Positions 11,591 to 23,995 of a stretch of DNA of 54,010 nucleotides are shown in pieces; position 1 is the stretch's first letter, and each line of letters begins with the position of its first letter. The notes beneath the pieces were generated by a model. The model did not search any database. It worked only from the letters and a program-made list of their open reading frames with translations, and had not been told where the DNA came from. The translations under genes were made by a program, and so were the position numbers. Source of the stretch: Chiloscyllium plagiosum (Eukaryota); NCBI RefSeq assembly GCF_004010195.1, contig NC_057720.1, positions 14,526,975 to 14,580,984 on the forward strand. The letters are read 5' to 3'.

Positions 11591-12799
11591 TGTAGGGTAG
11601 CATGTGCCAGAGACAATCCCAGAGGCAAGTCCCAGGCCATGATGGTGTGGAGGAAGGAAGTCCCAGAGGCAAGTACCAGGTCAAGCTGGCAAAAGGACGG
11701 CAAGTCCCGGAGGCTGGTCCCAGGCCAGACAGGTGTGGAGGAAGCAAGTGCTAGAGGCTGGTATCAAGCCAGACAGGTGTGGGGAAAGCAAGTGCCAGAG
11801 GTGGGTTCCAGGCCAGACAGGTGTGGGGGAAAGAAGTCCCAGAGGCTGGTCCCAGGGCAGACAGGTGTGGGGGAAGCAAGTCCCAGAGGCTGATATCAGG
11901 CCAGACAGGGGTGGGGGAAACAAGTCCCAGAGGCTGGTATCAGGCCAGACAGGTGTGAAGAAAGCAAGTGCCAGAGGTGAGTCTCAGGCCAGACAGGCGT
12001 TGGGTGGCTAATCCCAGGGGCGAGAGCCAGGCCAGACTGGGGTGGGGGTGGGGGGGACCTAATCCCAGAGACGAGTCCCAGGCCAGATAGGCTTGGGGGG
12101 CTGGGGGTACTAATCCCAGAGACGAGTCCCAGGCCAGATAGGCGTGGGAGGCAGGGGATTCTAATCCCAGAGACAAGTCCCAGGCCAGATAGGCATCAGA
12201 TGGCTAATCCCAGAAACGAGTCCCAGGCCAGACAGGCATGGGGAGGACGAGTCCTGGAGGCGAGTCCCAGGCCAGACAGACGTGGGGAAGATGAGTCCTG
12301 GAGGCTAGTGCCAGACCAGACAGGCGTGGGGGTTAGCAAGTCTTGGAAGCAATTCCTAGGCCAGTCAGGCGTGGGCGCGGCGAGTCTGAGAGTGGAGGCT
12401 GGCACAGATGGAGTGAGTTCTGGAGTGGAGCCTGGCACAGAGAAAGCAAGTCCTGGTGCAGAGTCTGGCGCAGGAGAAGCAAGTCCCTGAGTGGAAGCAA
12501 GGCTCTTGCGGACTGGAAGCAATACCTCGACGTTTAAAGACTAGTGTGATCTCGGGTTTGGCCTGGGCAGTCTGAAGGCTCAGTGTTGGCCCGAACTTGG
12601 TGAAAAGACTGAAATTCGAGTACATTTTAAAGAAAAACTTCTTTATTCTTATGCTGAACTTTTATTTATGATTTTTTCAGTCTGTAACACAGACTTAAGT
12701 ATCTGTACCTTGGTACCCTGTAGCTAAGATGGTATTAAAGTGGTGACATTGCAAACTTTTCACTGCACGTGACAATAAAGCTAATTCAATTCAATTCAA
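11591..12799 (+). mobile_element. Non-autonomous retroposon with internal minisatellite and (AATTC)n tail
   Basis: Ends CACGTGACAATAAAGCT(AATTC)3AA; cleanly interrupts a CR1. Confidence 0.6.
11605..12380. repeat. G-rich minisatellite, unit about 44 bp (longer variants in the distal half)
   Basis: GTCCCAGAGGCTGGTCCCAGGCCAGACAGGTGTGGGGGAAGCAA; unit starts at 11836, 11880, 11924. Confidence 0.9.
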
Positions 12800-13299
12800 T
12801 ATTACCAAAATGCAATACCTCACATATATCCAAATTAAACGCCATCAGCCACTCCTCAGCTCATTGACTCAATTGATCAAGATCTCTTTGTAATCTTAGA
12901 TAATCTTCTTCACTGTCCACTACACCACCAATTTTGGAGTCATCCACAAACTTACTAACCGTGCCTCCTATATTCTCATCCAAAACATTTTTATAAATGA
13001 CAAACAAAGTGGACTCAATATCGATCTTTGTGGGACACCACTGGGCACAGGCCACTAGTGCAAAAAACTACACTCCACCACCACCTTCTTGTCTCCTATC
13101 ATAAGTCAATTTGTATCCAGTTGGCAAACTCATTCTGAATCCCGTGTGACCTAACTTTACTAATTAGTGTACCATGCAGAACCTTGTTAAAGGCTTTACT
13201 GAAACAAAAAAAAGAGTAAAGAAGATAGAAAAACAGTCAGACAAGATGAACTCTGGATCAGGAGTCCTCCTCTGCTGCCATCTTGTATTGTTATCTCCC

Positions 13300-13560
13300 T
13301 CTTGACATATGATCAGCAATGCCTTTTATTCTCTTTCTTAGCACCATCTCCATATATTTTATTCATTCCTTCTCCAACCCTACCTCCCATCATCTGAGTA
13401 AATACCACCCTTTCCCAGCTGCTTTCAGTTCTGATGAAGGGTCACTGGACTCAAAACATTGATTCTGCTTCTCTCTCTATAGATGCTGCCAGACCTGTTG
13501 AGTCTTTCCAGCACTTTCTGATTTTGTTTGATTTCCAGCATTCACCGTTCCTTGTTTTAC
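13300..13560 (+). mobile_element. Penelope 3' end with decayed hammerhead (family C), probably the tail of the 9340-10815 element
   Basis: CTGATGA-A-GGGTC-ACTG-GACTC-AAAACATT at 13431-13460, then AGATGCTGCCAGACCTG..TTCCAGCA tail. Confidence 0.65.
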
Positions 13561-14369
13561 ATTAGGTTGTAGTGGTACTGGGAGTCAATGACATGCAGTT
13601 CAGTTGATTACTATTGATATGTAATGCATGCCCTGTCAATTCTAAGTCAACTGAACACTGCACAAGATAAAGCCTTATCATATAAAGATTTTATTCTGTT
13701 AAATGTCACATTAAAATGTTTACATTCATAAAACTAATTGTTACCTTATGGCTGCCAACCGTCCAGAGATTTACTGGAGTCTCCAGCATTTAAACATTTC
13801 CTCCAGTTCTTCCAGCAAAGTTTTCAGATATTTTTAATTATAGTCCTTTAGTTGTAGTGCATGCTTATTAGTTTGTAATTAACTTTTGGATGGGTTCATG
13901 AAGCCAAAAATACAAAACCTGCATTATTTATCAATAGATGCTTTTAGTTCTTTCTGAATGGGTGAATTGGCATCGTCTGGATATCCTTCCTTATCCACAA
14001 TTACCTTGTGACTACCCAGAAATGCACACGAGAGGGAAAAACTAACAAAGGTTATAATTAGCCCACAAAGTTTTATAATTGTATGTCACTACTACAATAA
14101 TAACAATTTTATGCTACTTTAATCTTTTTTCTGACAATCATTCTCATCCTCTTATTTTCCCTTAAATCCTTTGAATCATTGAAGTTTAGCAGCATTATGA
14201 ATACCAGTTGCACACCAATACCTTGTCCAAGTCTGTGTTTCATGACAGGAACCATTCCTGAACCATTGTTCAGAGAAGGCATTGCTTACTATTACACACA
14301 CTTAGAGGTCAGATACCTGATTACTATCCATAACGTTGTCTATTTATATGGTATTTCGGAAAGGACATG

Positions 14370-14950
14370 AGCTTCACAGAAAGACAAATTCAAAAAAACT
14401 GCAGAGACAAACTGCAACCTTAATGCATGACTTTTTTTGACCTCATAAAGAGTTTTGACTCTATCAACCATGAGGGACAATGGATTGTCCTCAAATTTTG
14501 TTGCCTGCAGAAATTCATCACTATCCTCAGCATACAAACAATGATCCTTACCATCAGCTCCATGACAGATCCAATAGGGATGCAAATTAGAGTCAAACAA
14601 GGTTGTGTCATTGCAACAAACCTCTTCTTCATTTTCCTTGCTGTCACATTCTACCCTATATCCATGATGCTTCCCACTGGTGTGAAGCTAATGTAGAGGA
14701 CAAGCAGGAAACTGTTCAATCTGAGTTGTCTTCAGTCCAGAACCCAAAACAACACCAATCACTGTTGGTGAGCTGCAGTATGGAAATGAAATAATGCTTG
14801 CATGCGTGCATACTCAAATACCAGGCTCAAAACTATTGTTGACATATTCAAAGAGACGTTTCAGAGAATGGACCTTAGGCTCAACAATTAAAAGGCAAAT
14901 GTCCTCCACCAGCTTGCTTCTACTGAACAACACTGTCCCCCACTGCAGGT
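14370..14950 (+). mobile_element. RTE-clade LINE RT remnant
   Basis: FFDLIKSFDSINHEG.W.VLKF.C.QKFITIL..VKQGCVIATNLFFIFL (14427-14696). Confidence 0.8.
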
Positions 14951-15299
14951 TTGTGGGTTCAACATTGGGCTATTTAGTCACTTCAGGACCCACAATACCA
15001 CAATGCAAGAAAGTTATCCTTGATCTCAAATGATTGCCTAACAACAAGAGAAGAGGTTTTGACATATGAAAAGCGTCCAAAAGTGCTTCACAGGTATGTG
15101 TTTAAATGGAATGAATAACAGATCAACAGTAAAACCTTGATTCCTTCATGACTCCATGATGGTGAGATCAATTATAATCTGCCCTTGTTCATTATACTTT
15201 AAATCTCTGTATTTAGCAGAGATTAGGAATCAGAGTTGGAACTTTCCTAGTCTTTAGGGCTCAACTAATCATCACTTAAAGTTATGGAGTCACAGTGTT

Positions 15300-15450
15300 G
15301 GGTGGCACAGTGGCACAGTGGTTAGCACTGCTGCCTCACAGCGTCTGAGACCCGGGTTCAATTCCCACCTCAGGCGACTGACTGTGGAGTTTGCACGTTC
15401 TCCCTGTGTCTGTGTGGGTTTCCTCCGGGTGCTCCGGTTTCCTCCCACAG
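15300..15450 (+). mobile_element. HE1-type SINE, 5' half
   Basis: Matches the reverse complement of 5505-5656. Confidence 0.85.
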
Positions 15451-17747
15451 TGCTGTAATGTAAAAAAATTTGGAAATTGATAATTTAAATACTGAGTGAA
15501 TTTTTGTATTTAAATTTAATTTGTACTTCTTGAGAACAGAAACTGAAATAAAAAGGGAACAGAACAGGTAGAGATAGATAGGAAACTGATCCTCTCAGTT
15601 TGGGAAACAAAGTCTCTGTCAAACTAAATCTGTTTGAGTCCAAGTTGAATAGTAGCTATTGATGGCTCTATGGGTGCAGTATAAAACAGAGTTCAGATGC
15701 AGAGAATAAGTTGCTTGTGCTATTTCTGCTATATGAAGATAACTTTTTTCTTAATTGCCATGTGATATGGGCTTCGCCAGACTGATAGTTATTGCCCATT
15801 TGTAATAACCCAGAGAGCATTGAAGAGTCAATCGTGTGGCATGGATTCTTGAATCGCGTGTCGGACAGAACAGCTAAGAATAGCAATTTTCCTTTCCTAA
15901 AATACATTCGTGAACCAGGCCTTTTTTCTCCTAATGACAATCAACAGTGGTTGCCATTAAGTGAGATTTTATTCCAGATTTTTATTGAATTTAAATTTCA
16001 CCATCTGGCATGGTAGAATTCAAACTCATTTCCCGAGAACATTTCCCTGGGATTCTGGATTAATAATCCAGTGACATTACCACTATGCTACCTCTTTTCC
16101 TGGTGGATCTATCCCATCCAGACTCAGTTGAGCTGGTTTTGTAGACGTGTTGCTTCTGTGAAAATTGTGCCTGGGGAATTTGGTTTGGCCATGTGTTGGT
16201 GTTAGTTGAGGTCAGACAAACTCCAAGAAGAATAGGAACTGCAATTCCTTTTGAGAAAGATAGAGGTTTGAAGACTCTGTGACTGAGTATGACCACTAAA
16301 ATCTAACTGGACTGCTGAACTAACTTGTGACATGGGTCTTTTTAAAAATTTTCCCCCACACTACCGCCTAACAGCGATAGCGTTTATTTTTCCCCGGCAC
16401 CCATGCCGTGTGTGTGCAGGTACAGGACACAGTGAAGAACAAGAAATGCGTAAATCTTTATTTATATTCCACCACCAGGAAGAAAGGAAACACCAGAGTG
16501 GCCAGTGACAAGCAGTGCTCTTGTCAACAAAGGACAATGCAGCGTGATCAAAAAAACGTGAAGGGGAGGGTAGCGGTTAAATCAAAAAGAGTTGGAGAGG
16601 GAAATAAAACACTCCACTCCCTGTGGTACCTACCTCTCCCTGAACAGCTCAAGGGTATTGGTGGACACCGCATGCTCCTTCTCCAGGTACACCCGGGGTG
16701 ACATTGGTCTTAGTTGTATCCACAGTTTTATATGCAAATTATAGTTTATATTTAACCACAATTTGCTTGTTAATTGATGTTTCACTCATGATAATTCTAG
16801 ATCCTAGAGTATATGATAGTTAGTGTTTACCATTTGCTAAACCTTCAAATTTTGTGGCTTTATTCTTCTGAGACATCTGGTATTTTGAATTTCACCAGCT
16901 TTTCAAAAAAATAAGTTTGAGGTCTTTTCTGAGATTTTAACAATATTTCAATACAGAAACGTTACTGTTACACAGTGAGTTAATTACACTACAGCATTGA
17001 GACAGTCCTGACAAAGTCCCAAATGATAAGCCCTCTGATTATGAGCATAATGCAATACACTTCTTGTCCTTCCCTATCTTTTTTCAAGATGGTCAATCAT
17101 GCTGTCCTCCATTCTGCATCATCTCTGTCCAAATGTTGTCTCATTCGCTGGAACTCCATATGAATGGTCAATGCATTTAGATGCAACTGATGAATCTCCA
17201 GCACTGCCTTCTCACCCTTTCTCTACACTGCCACCTCCAAGGGTCTTTTTCTGTTCCCTTCTTTCCTGTTACTGCGGTTGTCCCTCATTTGTATAGACCA
17301 GTGGCACAGCATTGCTTCCCATATGTATACCAATGACACCTAATATGACTTGTTGTACACTTCTCTCAACCTGTAAAAGCCTCTCTTCTGCCAGACTAGC
17401 TGTCTGATATTTCATACAATTATTTAGGATTTACAGCATAAGAAAAAGTTATTCAGTTTGACTGATCTATACTAATATTTGTGCTCTACATGAGCCACCT
17501 TTCAGTCATCTAGTCCTCTCAGCATTTCTTGCTATTCCTTTCTCTCTCAAGTATTATTTGGGACTTGCTTTTACATGCATTGATGCTATTCCACAAACAC
17601 TGACCCCTGTGGTAGTACATTCTAACCACTCTTTGAGGAAATAAATTTCTCCTGAATTCACTGTAGGATTGATTGCTGACAATATTACATGAATGAGTTA
17701 CAAATTTGTTCAATTTATGTTCAGGAAGACTAACATAGTTGTTCTCA

Positions 17748-17877
17748 TGATTCGGAGATGCCGGTGTTGGACTGGGGTGTACAAAGTTAAAAATCACACA
17801 ACACCAAGTTATAGTCCAACAGGTTTAATTGGAAGCACACTAGCTTTCGGAGCGACGCTCCTTCATCAGGTGATTTT
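17748..17877 (-). mobile_element. Short Penelope-derived element (family B) with 17-bp flanking direct repeat
   Basis: TAACATAGTTGTTCTCA at 17731-17747 and 17878-17894. Confidence 0.85.
17838..17872 (-). ncRNA. Minimal hammerhead ribozyme, intact core
   Basis: CAC-CTGATGA-A-GGAGC-GTC-GCTCC-GAAA-GCTA-GTG: 3-bp stem I, 5-bp stem II, palindromic AGCT stem III, CUA cleavage triplet. Confidence 0.75.
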
Positions 17878-19044
17878 TAACATAGTTGTTCTCAGCACCT
17901 GTCACAAATTCTGTTGCCTTGACACTAATTCCATCTTCCTCCCTGACCTGTCACTCAGGCTAAATGAGATGGTATGAAGTTTTGACTTTCTGTTCAACCC
18001 TGAGTTTGCTTCTGTAATCTCCTTTCCTTCCCACACCTTTTGGTCTTTTGGTCTTAGTTCAGGTTGTTTGGAACTTGCTTCTGAAATTCCTCTCTGTTCT
18101 CCTTTAAAAACTATCTTAAAGGCCTTCTTGCTCAGTTGTAACTTTCTTCTACAGTTGGCATTCCATTTGATTCAACACTGTTCTGAAAAGAGCCTTTGAA
18201 TATATTGTACTTTACAGGCATTATATAAAAGCAAGCTATTGTTCTTTTTACTGGTTTAACACAGTTCATTTTATGCTTTTATACCATTAGGCACAAGCAG
18301 ACTAGCAGCAGATGTATTCTGTTGAATCCGCTCAGCAGTGACAATTAAGAATACTGTCTGCAGCATCTGCTCACGATGGCACTTGAGAGGGTAATTTTTC
18401 TGAAAATGCCTTCTTTCAGATGGTCTTTTGATCATTTGAAAGCACAAAACAGATAATGAATATGGATGTATGTCAGAAAAAAAATTAACCTTTTATAAAA
18501 TTTAGACATATCACATCTTGCACCAATGAGGAAATTATTTATTTGGAAGACCAGTCAGGTTTTCTTAATGCAATAACATGTAAGATTTGAACTGATGACC
18601 AGGATATTTTTCAGCAATGAGGAGATGCCAGGGTTTCTGTAACCTTGGTGACACCAGAATTTTACTGATTGTCCACTTTAAAATTACAGTGGCGCTTTAG
18701 CATAATCTCAAAGGAAATTACCGATGCTGACTGTTCTGTATTTCCAGGCTGCACCATAGTTTCCTGTTTTCAATTCAGCTCTTCAACAGTTATGTTTTTT
18801 CCTCTTTAATTCACCATACGCACCCATAGATGAACCAGCACTTAACTATAGCCCAAATTAAATTGAATTTGTAGAACAAATATAAAACAAAACCCAGCAC
18901 TTAAGAATTGTCATGATAAAAATAATCAGTACTCACTGTCAGAGACATCATATTTCATAAGAGTTAATTGAGGTCCTGTATATCCTCTCAGAACAACATA
19001 AAAGATCCCAATCAATGCTCCATTTAGAAAAAAAAAACAAAGAT

Positions 19045-19305
19045 TCAGAGACAAAAACAAAAATTGCTGGAAAAGCTCTGCAGGTCTGGCAACATCTGTG
19101 GAGAGAAATCAGAGTTAACATTTCAGGTCAAGTGAACTTCCTCTACTCTAATGCTCCCTTTAGGTTCTACAACAATTGGAAAGGTCCTGTGCAGGCAAAA
19201 GCAAAATACTGCAGATGTGGAAATTCTGAAATAAAAACACAAAATGCTGAAGAAATTGTTTGTCTGGCTGCATCTGCAGAGAGAGAAATAGAATTGACAT
19301 TTTGA
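19045..19305 (-). mobile_element. Two decayed Penelope 3' tails (family C)
   Basis: GCTGGAAAAGCTC..CAGGTCTGGCAACATCTGTGGAGAGAAATCAGAGTTAAC; homologous to 29055-29260. Confidence 0.55.
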
Positions 19306-19310
19306 GTCCT

Positions 19311-19598
19311 ACATAGAACATAGAACAGTACAGCACAGAACAGGCCCTTCAGCCCACAATGTTGTGCCGACCACTGATCCTCATGTATTCATCCTCAAAT
19401 TTCTGTGACCATATGCATATCCAGGAGTCTCTTAAATGTCCCCAATGACCCTGCCTCCACAACTGCTGCTGGCAACGCATTCCATGCTCTCACAACTCTC
19501 TGTGGAAAGAACCTGCCTCCGACATCCCCTGTATACTTTCCTCCAACCAGCTTAAAACTATGACCCCTCGTGTTAGTCATTTCTGCCCTGGGAAATAG
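19311..19598 (-). mobile_element. CR1 3' end
   Basis: TRGHSFKL..FFPQRVVRAWNALP..VVEA..FKRLLD (19395-19580); (CATAGAA)n tail. Confidence 0.85.
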
Positions 19599-20045
19599 TA
19601 TTGAGCTATATTGAATTTGACACTTTGTTCTTCTCTTTACATAAGTTTTTGTGTAAGCTTCACATTAGTTACCTCCTTTACATTACTTGTCACTGTGCAA
19701 AGAAAAATCTTCAACCTGCACACCTAATCAGTTACACATTAGTGGGCACTTTGATTATATGGCACTATTTTGAAGACACCAATATTTATCCCTCAATCAA
19801 CATCAGAGAAAATAGATTTTCTGACCATTAATTGTTGCTTGTGGGAGCTCACTGTGTGCAAGTGTGCTGTTTGCATTTTCTACATTACAATAGAGAGTAC
19901 ACTTCAAAAGTGCTTATTTCGATTTTGGACTGCATTAAGTGCAGCTCTGCTTAGGTCTTTTGGGACAGTGGTAGTGTCCCTTGCCTCAAGGCCAGTAGAA
20001 ACTGAGTTCAGGACCCACCTGCTTCAGATGAGGCATGTCTGAACA

Positions 20046-20195
20046 GGCTCATTGTAAAAACAATTATAAATGCAACTCTTTATGAAAGATGTTTCCAAGG
20101 TGACGCAAGTTAGTGGAAGGGGCTCATTGTAAAAAAAAATTATAAGTGCAACTTTTTATGAAAGATGTTTCCAAGGTGGCACAAGTGAGTGGAAG
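20046..20195. repeat. Tandem duplication, 2 x 75 bp
   Basis: GGCTCATTGTAAAAA..GAAAGATGTTTCCAAGGTG..AGTGGAAGG at 20046-20120 and 20121-20195. Confidence 0.9.
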
Positions 20196-20399
20196 GAAGA
20201 GAATTGGCAGGTAGGTGTACTGTCAAAAGTTTGTTGAGGTGGAAGAGGTTTATTCAACCTCTGTTGGATTGACAGCCGCTGGAAACGAAAGGAAAAAACA
20301 AAACTGAGCAGTTAGAGCAAAGAACAACACACAAAAGAGGTGGAGATATTGATGGTGATTTGTTTGAAATGTGTTGGGAAGAGGGAATCACATGATGGG

Positions 20400-21130
20400 T
20401 TAGTGAACGCAGAGGGAAGGAGCAGGCGGGCTCTCCTCAGAGGGCGGAGGCTAACGTTTTTAAACACTTGGTTTGTGCCCATCCTTCTGAAGGAGGGGAG
20501 AAAAAAAAGAGACAGGGGAAAGAATTAAAACCAAAAAAAAGTGAAAAGTTTCCCGCAAGTTTGAGAGAGCGAGACAGCAGCAATTCTCTTCATAACCGAA
20601 GCTCAGAATTTGGAAGTAAATGGCTAGCTGACACTTTAAGCTCTCCTCCCTTTTGGGTTTAAGTTTTGAGAAAAATATTTTTTGGAGTTTTGTGTGTGCA
20701 TTTTTGTTTGGACATTAATAGAGGTTTGGGGAGGGAGGGGGCTGTGTCCGGCGGGGAGGATGCGCTGAGGTGGGTCGTCTTCCTCTCCCTTGCGTTTTTT
20801 TTTATGTTTCTTTATTTTATATATTTAAAAAAAAGTTCTATAAACAGCCCCCTCCCCAAACCAGTCGGCAGTTCTGAGGAGGAGGTTGTGGATTTCGGCA
20901 GCACCGTCGTCGGCCGATCCGGAGGAGAGGGAGAGGGAGAGGGAGGCCAAGATGGCGGCGGATCCAGTCCAGGTAAAGAGGCTTCGTCTGTAACTGAGGG
21001 AGGGAGAGGGAGAGTGTGAGGGGAGAGAGGGAGAAAATGTGTGTGAGAGAAAAAGGGGAAAAAAAAAGTGGGACGATGAGGCTTCTCGGGGTAAGAGAGT
21101 CAGAGGGTGTGGGCAGCGTTGCTCGGCTTT
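20400..21130 (+). promoter_or_regulatory. GC/CpG-enriched promoter and 5' exon region of an unidentified host gene
   Basis: Local CpG and GC enrichment in repeat-free DNA, GC-box-like GGCGGGG/GGGCGG, purine tracts, YY1 consensus CAAGATGGCGGC at 20948-20959. Confidence 0.8.
20952..20972 (+). CDS. Putative coding start in first exon (MAADPVQ) ending at a phase-0 donor
   Basis: Strong Kozak CCAAGATGG and donor CAG|GTAAAG; could instead be an untranslated exon where ATG is just part of the YY1 site. Confidence 0.45.
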
Positions 21131-22835
21131 CACACACACACACTCTTCCAACTTTGTAGTAAAATGTGTGTTTTCTTTTAAATGTATGATCTACGACTTT
21201 CTCTTTTTTTGTTTCTCCCGTTTTGATTTCCCCCCTCTCTCCCCACAAACGTTCGCCCTCTGCCTGGTTTTCAAGTTTTTTTGTTTTGCAAACTGCTCTC
21301 CTACCACAACAACTGAGGAAAGTCAGTCAGATCCTTGACAAATTTTTCTTCACTTTGGCCAAAAACAAGAAAAAAAGGGAAGGGTTGGTTGGGCGGAATG
21401 GGGGTGGGCAACGGTTGAGATAAATTAATAATTTTTAAAGTAGAGGGAGAATAACTGTTGAGGGTGATTTTAAGTGTTTATTTGAGGGGGGGGGGGTGTG
21501 GAGAGGGTGAAAGCGTGTGTTTGACTGTGGGCAAGTTTTCTTTTGGTCGATCCCTGTGTGTATGTTTTGTTTTAAGTTTTTTTTTGATGTGTAGAAAAGT
21601 TGGGAGTCCAGAAGAGCCTGACCTTCCAGGCCTTGAGGTTAGCTTTAATATCAACCACTGAAGGGGGGGGGGTTGGTGATGAAGGAAAACTGCTTAATTG
21701 TTGTTGGACTCTTGGCCGCCTGCCCAGCACCGAGTCTCTCGTTTCTTTAATATCCTTTAATGGAGGCGTAAAGCGAGTTTGCAAATTCCTGCTTTTCGGA
21801 ACAGTTTATTTTCTAACTTGAATCTTCAGTTCTGTTTCACCTTCACTGTGGCCACAGTGAATACATGTCACTTTTAGATATGGGAAGGAAGTAGTGCAAT
21901 GTGGACATCATTCGTTTTCTTTCAGATTCGGTAGGAATAGACCGGTTTTGTGTATTTAAGGTAATTCGTTGTTTAAAATTAGCCCCCTTATCGTTCCAAT
22001 TGATTTGAGTAGACTGAGGTTTTCTCTTATTGGACATGAAATCTTTTGTTCTGTACTGGCTGCATCAGTTGGATTGATACATTTTAATGAGTCTTTGAAA
22101 TTGCACATTACTTTGTCAGTTGTGGAAAAAACAAATATAAATGTTTGTCAAAGGTCACAATTATGTAAAAGCTAAAAACTGTCTTTCTGCAAACAGACAT
22201 GTGAATCATTACAAATTGATAAATACTGTCCAGGAAATCATTAGGAAACTAAATTTTGAAAAGAATTAGAATGAAGTTTCCATTCAACTATTTGAATGAT
22301 CTCATGTAATTGGAACCTGCTTCTGTAGTAAATTCTGCAAATGTACTGTTTAGGATATCATATGTCCTCACAATAAATGTACATGGGCATAACTGAGTGT
22401 GTGTTACTTTGTAGTAAAACATTCTTTTCCTGTCAGCTGATGTTACAATCCAAGTCTAGTGTCATAATTTTGTGGATAAAACATAAATCTTTCTGTCATG
22501 CGGCACAAAGAGGATCAGAAAACCTCTGTGACAGAGTTTCCTTATTTTAACATTTAAATGCTTAAAGGAGGATGAGAACAGCCCATATATTTACGAGGTG
22601 GGGAAGTAAACAAAAACTACATGTATATAAGTTTTAAGGTACGTGAGATGAACAGGAACCACGTGACTGACTTCACCATCTATTACCACGTCTCAAAATC
22701 TGCTGTCTTGTGCACTCACGAGGCATAACGCTAACATTTTTAACAAAAAAAGTTGACTGAGTTAGTTAAGTCAAACCACAATAGTTTGAGAATTGTGTTT
22801 TTTTTTCTGTTGCCCATACCATGCTTGTTTATCTG

Positions 22836-23039
22836 AAAGTATGTTGCTGGAAAAGCACAGCAGGTCAGGCAGCATCCAAGGAGCAGGAGAATCAACATTT
22901 CGGGCATGAGCCCTTTATGAAGAAGGCTCATGCCCGAAACGTCGATTCTCCTGCTCCTTGGATGCTGCCTGGCCTGCTGTGCCTTTCCAGCCACACATTT
23001 TCAGCTCTGATCTCCAGCATCTGCAGTCCTCACCTTTCT
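22836..23039. mobile_element. Palindromic Penelope-derived element (family A)
   Basis: Arms about 22846-22913 / 22923-22991; direct repeat CCATGCTTGTTTATCTG at 22819-22835 and 23040-23056. Confidence 0.85.
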
Positions 23040-23329
23040 CCATGCTTGTTTATCTGGCCATTATCATTTCAAGATAATATGATTTTTGATTAACAACAGA
23101 AAATGTTATTTATAACTGTCATTTTGCTCCCAGATGTTGCTGCACATTGTACAGTCATTAGTGAACATATCCATTTGACTTTTATGCTGGAGCAAAGGTC
23201 CATCATAATTTCAGAAGTGGGGACATCAGCTGATCAGTGTTCAGCACAATTTGCAGCTCTTCAAACACTGAAGCTGTCCTTGTCCAAGTGCCGCAAGACC
23301 TGAACAAAACAAGGCTTGGGCTGACAAGT

Positions 23330-23995
23330 AGTAAGAAATATTGCTTGCACTTGTAAGGAGTGAATGATATTTTTCAAAGAGCAAATCTTAGTCATTATCC
23401 CTTTGATATTCAGTGGTATTATCACTGTCGAATCACCTACTATCGACATAAGGATACTCTTGACCAGAAGCTGAAATGGATTGTGGCTACAAGAGCAGGT
23501 TAGACTAGGAATCCTTCAGCAAGTAACTTGCCACCTAAATCCCAAAACCCAGTCCACTACACACAAGCTAGGAGTATACTGCATGAGTGCAGCTCCAACA
23601 ACACTCGAGGTGTTTGACCACATAGAGGACAAAGCAGCCAGCTTGATATCCACAAATATGCCCACCACCTCTGAGACGGTGACAGCCATTAATGGTAGAA
23701 ATTTACAAGGCTCCTTAGACAGTGCCTTCCATACCGTGGAGCACTGGCATCTTGAAGAACGTGGGAACACCAGCACTTGCGAGTTCTCCTCTAAGCCAAT
23801 CACCAACCTGCCTTGAAAATATCTGTTTCTTCAACCTCGCTGGGTCAAAAGTCTAGACTTCCCAGTAGCATCATGGATGTACCTACACCAGATGGATTGC
23901 AGTAGTTCAAGGAGGTAGCTTATCATTATAAGGGCAGTTAGGGATAGGAAATAAATATTGACCCAACTTGTGGTGCTTGCATCCCAAGATTGAAT
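23330..23995 (+). mobile_element. Old CR1/L2-group LINE 3' part
   Basis: MSAAPTTLEVFDHIEDKAASLI; 3' end GCAGTAGTTCAAG..AGGGCAGTTAGGGATAGG.AATAAAT homologous to 7140-7400 and 48380-48495. Confidence 0.65.

Larger units (their letters stand above)
11040..13200 (-). mobile_element. CR1 LINE RT/3' region split by insertion 11591-12799
   Basis: EVYKIMKGIDRV (11022-11219) and SKFVDDSKIGGVVDSEEDYLRLQRDLDQL (12861-13055); sequence resumes collinearly after the insert. Confidence 0.85.

Noticed and set aside
11605..12380. CRISPR-like regular repeats or repeat-protein ORFs
   Set aside because: Contiguous tandem units without unique spacers, no cas genes, vertebrate context; the ORFs arise from stop-poor repeats on both strands
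20666..21338. Several ORFs of 100-136 aa over the promoter
   Set aside because: Low-complexity translations of GA-rich and T-rich tracts with no protein-like features
22836..23039. DNA-transposon MITE or pre-miRNA interpretation of the palindromes
   Set aside because: Arms are asymmetric, flanking duplications vary from 9 to 17 bp, and the sequence is contiguous with a Penelope GIY-YIG remnant at 7560-8089
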